Below are positions 58,587 through 64,000 of a DNA stretch of 64,000 nucleotides, in pieces; the stretch's first letter is position 1; each line of letters begins with the position of its first letter. The notes beneath the pieces are model-generated. The model searched no databases. It was given only the letters and a program-made list of their open reading frames with translations, and was not told the origin of the DNA. The translations under genes and the position numbers were made by a program. This DNA is from an uncultured Pseudomonadota bacterium (GTDB lineage Bacteria > Chloroflexota > UBA5177 > JAJPKF01): the NCBI GenBank assembly GCA_963836045.1, contig CAWIIC010000014.1, positions 2,524 to 66,523 on the forward strand. Reading direction: 5' to 3'.

Positions 58587-61500
58587 TCATTCCTGTGCAT
58601 GCTGCCGCAACTCTGACCCCTGTGCCAGAGTCTGCTCGACGCGCTCGGCGTGCCCCGTTGCATCAAGGCTCCGGAATAGCGACAGAGCCTCCCTCAACCG
58701 GGCACTCGCAGCCAATATTTCCCCTGCCTGCGCTCGCACGCCACCGGCGGTCTCCAGGAGCATCGCTTCCTCCCACCGGCAGTGCATGCGCCTTGCTAGC
58801 TCGAGAGCCTCGTCAAGAATTTCTGACGACTCCCTCAGCTGACCTTGTCTTGCCGCGACGATTGCCAGAGCGCGACGCGCGTGAATTCGCCGGGGGCCGT
58901 CGCCTAGGTCGCTTGCGTCCGCAGACTCTACTGCCCGGGGCGGCTAAGGATTGCCCTCGTGTTCCATTGCCGAGCTCCGCGTGGGCTAGGGCGAGCATGC
59001 AGAGCACCCAAGCTCCATCGGCACGGTCCCAGCCCAACCGATTCAGCAGGTGCTCCGCGCGCGCCACCGCCCGCTCCGGCTTCCCTTGGAGCACCTCCAG
59101 CCAGGCAAGTCCGGCCTGAGCCCAAAGCAGCATCGGATAGAGCCCCAGCCTTTCGTGAATATCGCCTCCGGCCTCCAGGGAGCGAATCGCCTCGTCCCAG
59201 TCCCCCAGTTGGAGATACAGCCAACCGGCGCATGCTGCGACGCCTGCCGTCAACCAACTCGGCTCCGCGGATCGCACCATTCCCTCGGCGCGCTCCAGCT
59301 CGGCGCGGGCCTCCTCCGCGCGGCCCAGAAGGAACAGGACCGAGCTTGCAAAGGTGATGTAGAGAGCGGTCTCACCCGGATTCCCCAGTCGTTCGGCGAT
59401 CGCGATTGCCTGCACTTTTAGCCTAAGAGCCTGCTCAAAATCGCCTGATGCCTCATGACTCCGCGCGAGCCCCTGCAGCATGATGCCGAGAACGACGGGA
59501 TCGCCTGCTTGCTCAGCGATGGGCAGAGCGGCTTCCAGGACTCGCCGGCTGTCCTCAGGCCGGCCCAACAGCCCCAGCAGTTGGCCCCGGCGCATCTCGG
59601 CGTCGGACAGGACCCGCGCAGCCCCCGCCTCGTCGCCCAGGGCTCGGGCCAGAGCTCCGGCGTGCTCGGCCGCGCTTAAACTCTCTTCGTTCCTTGCCGC
59701 CAGCCACAGGAGATGCGCGCGCACTCCAAACAGCTCAGCCATAGCAAGTGTTGGAACCGTGGGGTCCACGGTTTGCAGAAGGCGGTCGATTCGATCGAGT
59801 CCCGCCGCGGCGTTTCCCGCTCTGTGGTATACGCGTCCGATCTGCACCACTATGCGTGCCTCACCCTGTTGTTCTTGCAGCGTACCGTACGAGCGCGCGG
59901 CAGCCTCGAGGTGCTCCAGCGCAACCTCAAACTGCCCTTGTATCCTGAGCGTCCTACCCAGCTTCTCGTGCAGCTCGGCCTGGCGCACCTCCATTTGCAG
60001 CTTTTGGGCCAGCTCCAGGGCCGTTTGGAAATGCTGCTCGGCCTCGGCATGCGCAAATACCGCGTCTGCTAGCTCCCCCGCTCGCATGCTGTACGTCAGC
60101 GCGCGCTCGGGATCGTCGCCCTCCAAGAAGTGATGGGCGAGCTCTGCCTCCCGCCCGCTTGTCGCTGCTCTGCCAGCCGTTCCAACGTCTCCACCCGCCG
60201 CTAGGTGTAGCTTGCGCCTCCGCCGGGCCGATAGCTCGCCATAGAGCGTCCCCTGGGTTAGGGCATGGTCAGTTAAACCATCCCGCCCTGCCTCCTGCAC
60301 TAGACCAGACGCCAGCGCCTGTTCGAGCGCCTCTTCCACCTCAGCTTCACCACGCTCTCCGATCCCCTCCAGCTCCTCGAAACTGAACGTCTGGCCAAGG
60401 ACGCTTGCCTCGTGCAGGATCGCTTGCGTCAGCCCATTTAGCCGAGACAACCGCTCGCCAATGGCGTCCCGCACGCTCGCGGGCACCACAATTTGGTCGA
60501 TCAGTCGGGAATCTTGACCGCCGTCGCCAGGGCGTATGTCTCCACGTTCCAACAACCCCCTAAGCACCTCGTGAATAAAGAAGGGATTGCCCTCAGTGCT
60601 GCGATGCACGAGTGCGGCCAGTTCTGATGAGACTCTTCCGCTGCTGGCCTTGAACGAGATTAAAGTGCGCGTCTCGTCCTCCGCGAGACGCGGTACGTTG
60701 ATGCGCTCCAGCAGCTGTTCCCGCTGCAAGTGGTTAAGGAGCCTGGTCAACGGGTGCGGACGGCGGACCTCTACGTCCCGAAAGGTGCCGACAATAAGCA
60801 CCCGGCTACCTCGAGTGTGCCGTGCCAGCTGCTGGAGGAGATCGAGGCTTGCCGCATCGGCCCAATGAAGGTCGTCCAACATGACCGCTAAGGGCTGCTG
60901 GGCGGCCACGGCGCACAGAAAGCCGGCTACGGAGTGGAAGAGTCTGTCCTGTTCCTCCGCGCCACCGGAGAATGCATTAATAGACACGTCATGATGGGGC
61001 AGCAGCCGGCCCAGATATGGCCATTTATCGGGGACCTCCCCACGAATGGCAGGCGGGCACGCGTCATAGATGGTCGCCAGCGCTTCAAGGACTGGGTAGA
61101 AGCCAACGACTTGGCGATTCTCGTAGCAGCGGCCGCACGCCACCAGGAAACCATAATGGCCTGCATCGAGTGCAATCTCCTGCGCGAGCCGCGTCTTCCC
61201 GATCCCCGCCTCTCCAACAAGGAACACCACGCGGCCCTCGCCAGCCTGAACAGCTTGAAAGCTCGCACGGGAAACGCGAGATGGCCTTCCCTCCCGACGA
61301 TTGGACTGGCCGGGACCGCCCCTAGAAAACCTCCCACAGGTGGTTTCGCGCGCACCGGAGGCAATATGTCGACCTCCAAGTTATTGGAGATCGCTTCTCC
61401 TGCTACTGTTCCCGACAAGAAGTGACGGCCGTCGTCAGTCGAACCTGCGCTCGGGATTGCTGGCCCAACTTGGGTTCGACCGGCTCGCGCTGCCTCTGCA

Positions 61501-61713
61501 AATTCGACGGTGGCGGTCTGGTCCAGACCAAGCGCGTGGGCAAGGAGGACGACGGTCTGTCGGTGAGGGCGGCGCCGCACACCGCGCTCCAGAGTGCTTA
61601 TGGCATGAGAACTCAGGCCAGCACGCTCTGCAAGATCCTCCTGGGTCAAGCCGGCCGCCAGCCGGTGCGACCTCGAGAAGGTCGGACAGTGACGACGCCC
61701 CAGCCTTTGTCAT
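58587..61713 (-). pseudogene. XRE-HTH + AAA ATPase + TPR transcriptional regulator, several frameshifts (possibly sequencing errors)
   Basis: LTQEDLAERAGLS..ISTLERG, IVGRE, GEAGIGKTRL, LDDLHWAD, TEGNPFF and TPR-like helices, spread over at least four frame segments. Confidence 0.8.
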
Positions 61714-61969
61714 GCTTGCTTCCCGCTCATGTGGCCGGCCCACTGCCGAAATTCTAACGATAGGTTCGAAATTGTGCCAGTCATTGTCTGAGTGATCCGC
61801 ACAGTTGTCTCTGTTCAGACGACCGCTAGCAGGTCATCCTGGCTGAGTAAGGGCCGGAAAGATCTAAAGCAAGACTTGGTTCCAAAAGCCGCCGGACGCC
61901 TTCGGCCGAGGGTCGAGTAGATCCGGAAAGCGGGGTAGCCGGCGTCGCAACCCAATCAGGAGCTCAACG

Positions 61970-63304
61970 ATGAAGTTGGAGACAGCCTTAACTGCACCCA
62001 CAGCGCAACCCCGAGACGGATTGCCGCTTACATTTCACCCTTTGTCGCAATCCGCCCCCGTCAAGAGTACGCGCTTTCGTGAATCGTGGCGCCTGGCAGC
62101 ACATCATTGCGTCTGTTGGGCGCGAGCGCTGGCTTTTCTCGGAGTAATGACTGCCGGTGTCGCGCTGAGTCCGGTGGCCACAGCTGGTGCAGCTCGAGCG
62201 GCCTATCAGGTGATTCCGCTTGGGCCCATGGGACCGCGGACCGACTCGTTCTCCGTTGGCATCAATGCTCATGGTGACGTGGTCGGGCAGGTGGGCACAT
62301 CCTCGCAGGTTCCCTTTCTCTACCGTAACGGCCGGTTCATCCGCCTGACGCCTCCCAGCGGTATCGGCGGAGCAGATGCCACTGGGATCAACAACGCTGA
62401 CACCATCTCTGTTCAGGCATACGGGTCAAACGGAGATCCTCGGGCATTCGCCGTCAGGCCGAGCCCAGGCGGCTTCTCATGGATTCCGCTCCCGACCGGC
62501 TCGCTCCGCTTCGACTTCCTGAGGGTTGCCGGTGTGGCGAGCAATGGAGACATCGACGGAGAACTCACGTCTGTACCACTCTATAGCCCCGTGCGACAGC
62601 GATCAGTACTCTGGCGCGCCAAGGCCGACGGCAGATACGCGGCTGCCGAATTGCTGCCGGTGAGTCGGGGTTTCGTGGCGACGATCGCGGGCGGCATCTG
62701 GCGCCATAACGGTACTTCGTATGTTTCAGGGGCACAAGGTAACGGCGGCCTCGTTCAGGACGCCAGTGTCTGGAGTCCGCGTCCTACACTCACCCATGTA
62801 GCGAATGGAATGCTGTTTGCCTCGACGGTAGGCGGCGACGGGCAACATGTGTACGCCGCCGGAGCCATACTGTCCAGCACCTTCGGGGCCTGGGTCAGCA
62901 CCGTATCCTTCGGCCGTACAGGAGAGGCAAGCCTGAAATCACTGGAGACGTTGCCTTCCAGTGCTGATCGTGACGGGTCCGTGGCAGAAGGGGTGTCGGT
63001 CGACTCACACGGACGTCCAACGGTTGTAGGCGATGTTTTCTCAGGCGCCGGCATCGGCATGCGCGCCGCTTTATGGGTAGGAATCAACACTCCTGACCTA
63101 CTTCAGTCCCTAGTCGGTAGTACGCCCTGGATCATCAGCGAAGCATCGGGAATCAACGCCGGGGGCGAGATCGCAGGTGCCGGCACATTGCACGGGACGC
63201 TTCACGCGCTTCTTCTGAGACCGGCCGCGCCCGGAACGATTTTCCGTAGATGGAGGCCGCCAGAGCCGGCGCGCGACCGCCTTTTCAACAAACAGGAGCA
63301 ATGA
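61970..63304 (+). CDS. Secreted HAF-like extracellular-repeat protein
   Basis: Signal-like segment, GINAHGDVVG, ATGINN and ASGINAGGEIAG..HALLL. Confidence 0.75.
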   Translation: MKLETALTAPTAQPRDGLPLTFHPLSQSAPVKSTRFRESWRLAAHHCVCWARALAFLGVMTAGVALSPVATAGAARAAYQVIPLGPMGPRTDSFSVGINAHGDVVGQVGTSSQVPFLYRNGRFIRLTPPSGIGGADATGINNADTISVQAYGSNGDPRAFAVRPSPGGFSWIPLPTGSLRFDFLRVAGVASNGDIDGELTSVPLYSPVRQRSVLWRAKADGRYAAAELLPVSRGFVATIAGGIWRHNGTSYVSGAQGNGGLVQDASVWSPRPTLTHVANGMLFASTVGGDGQHVYAAGAILSSTFGAWVSTVSFGRTGEASLKSLETLPSSADRDGSVAEGVSVDSHGRPTVVGDVFSGAGIGMRAALWVGINTPDLLQSLVGSTPWIISEASGINAGGEIAGAGTLHGTLHALLLRPAAPGTIFRRWRPPEPARDRLFNKQEQ

Positions 63305-64000
63305 TGAAGAGATTTCGAGTCGCCTGCTCTCGACCAAAGGCGGTAACACAACAAGTCAAACGCAGGGGACAGTGGCTGCTATGCGTGGCTCACGGCCAGC
63401 CCAGGCTCACTCTCTGTCTGGTAGCTCTACTCGGCTTTCTCGCCGCGGGCGCATTACAGGCACACGCTGCTCAGAACGGCTATGCCTACCGGCTCATTCT
63501 AACCCCGACTCTGGGCGGATCAAGCTCCGCAGCACTCGGTCTTAACGATCGGGGCGAGGTGGTCGGCGGGGCAGCCCGGAAGGGCGACCTTACAGTGGAC
63601 GCTTTCTCTTGGCGTGCCGGCCGGATGCGAGACCTCGGCAGCGTTGGGATGCAGCCGGAATCCTACGCGACCTCGGTGAATGACTCAGGTGTCGTCACGG
63701 GCATTGGGCAGGACTCAGGTGGAAATTCGTCGATCGGCGGAGTCTGGCGACGTGGGCACGGGTGGAAACTCCTCTCTCGGAGAACATGTAATTCCGTAGC
63801 CAACTTTATCAACGCTTATGGGTCTGTTGGAGGCAGCATATGTCACCACGACAAAACGTGGTCTGACCAGACTCGCGCAGCCGTGTGGAAATGGTCGGCT
63901 GTGCTGACCGGTCAGCGTCCTGCGCTCCTCGATGCAAGAGATTGGTACAGCGTCGTCAACCAGATTTCTGGCGCGGGCGACGCCGTTGGCCTACAGATAG
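63301..64000 (+). CDS. Second HAF-like extracellular-repeat protein (runs off the window end)
   Basis: ATGA overlap with the previous gene. Manual translation gives TLGGSSSAALGLNDRGEVVG..AFSWRAGRMRDLG..ATSVNDSG. Confidence 0.75.
   Translation, partial: MMKRFRVACSRPKAVTQQVKRRGQWLLCVAHGQPRLTLCLVALLGFLAAGALQAHAAQNGYAYRLILTPTLGGSSSAALGLNDRGEVVGGAARKGDLTVDAFSWRAGRMRDLGSVGMQPESYATSVNDSGVVTGIGQDSGGNSSIGGVWRRGHGWKLLSRRTCNSVANFINAYGSVGGSICHHDKTWSDQTRAAVWKWSAVLTGQRPALLDARDWYSVVNQISGAGDAVGLQI

Noticed and set aside
61840-61955. c-di-GMP-I riboswitch upstream of the HAF-repeat genes
   Set aside because: Only fragments resemble it (CAAAAGCC, GGTAGCCGG). The GGCAAAC..GAAA first hairpin is missing.
1-64000. 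CRISPR array, cas genes, rRNA or tRNA genes
   Set aside because: No regularly spaced repeat-spacer pattern, cloverleaf or rRNA motif was seen by eye.

Overview
GC-rich bacterial chromosomal window. The lineage is inferred, not proven, to be a soil Chloroflexota or another monoderm Terrabacterium, from a large Bacillus-type SRP RNA, an F420-type LLM oxidoreductase, LigC and an XRE-ATPase-TPR regulator. It holds about 50 mostly accessory and housekeeping genes. These include an alpha-glucan utilisation locus (ROK regulator, sugar ABC transporter, two GH66, GH15, GH31), a partial hyp cluster (hypC-hypD-hypB), iolB with an iolG-like gene, a DtxR-family regulator with FTR1, a cobalamin riboswitch upstream of a BtuF-like gene, an ECF sigma/anti-sigma/lipoprotein triad and several secreted repeat proteins. 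The most notable signals read from the DNA are: (1) a 1551-bp transposase-less cassette (16540-18090) with 20-bp terminal inverted repeats and an exact 8-bp target-site duplication, carrying a putative toxin-antitoxin-like gene pair; (2) a second, decayed IS1595 element beside a VapBC45-like pair; (3) a complete leader-peptide/antiterminator/terminator attenuator ahead of an ABC exporter (19073-19321); (4) a cycloalternan-type catabolic locus extended by two GH66 enzymes; (5) a decayed HEPN-motif gene followed by a Xer/dif-like inverted repeat. Several otherwise intact genes carry single-base frameshifts, which may be assembly errors. All family calls come from motif recognition; no database search was run.
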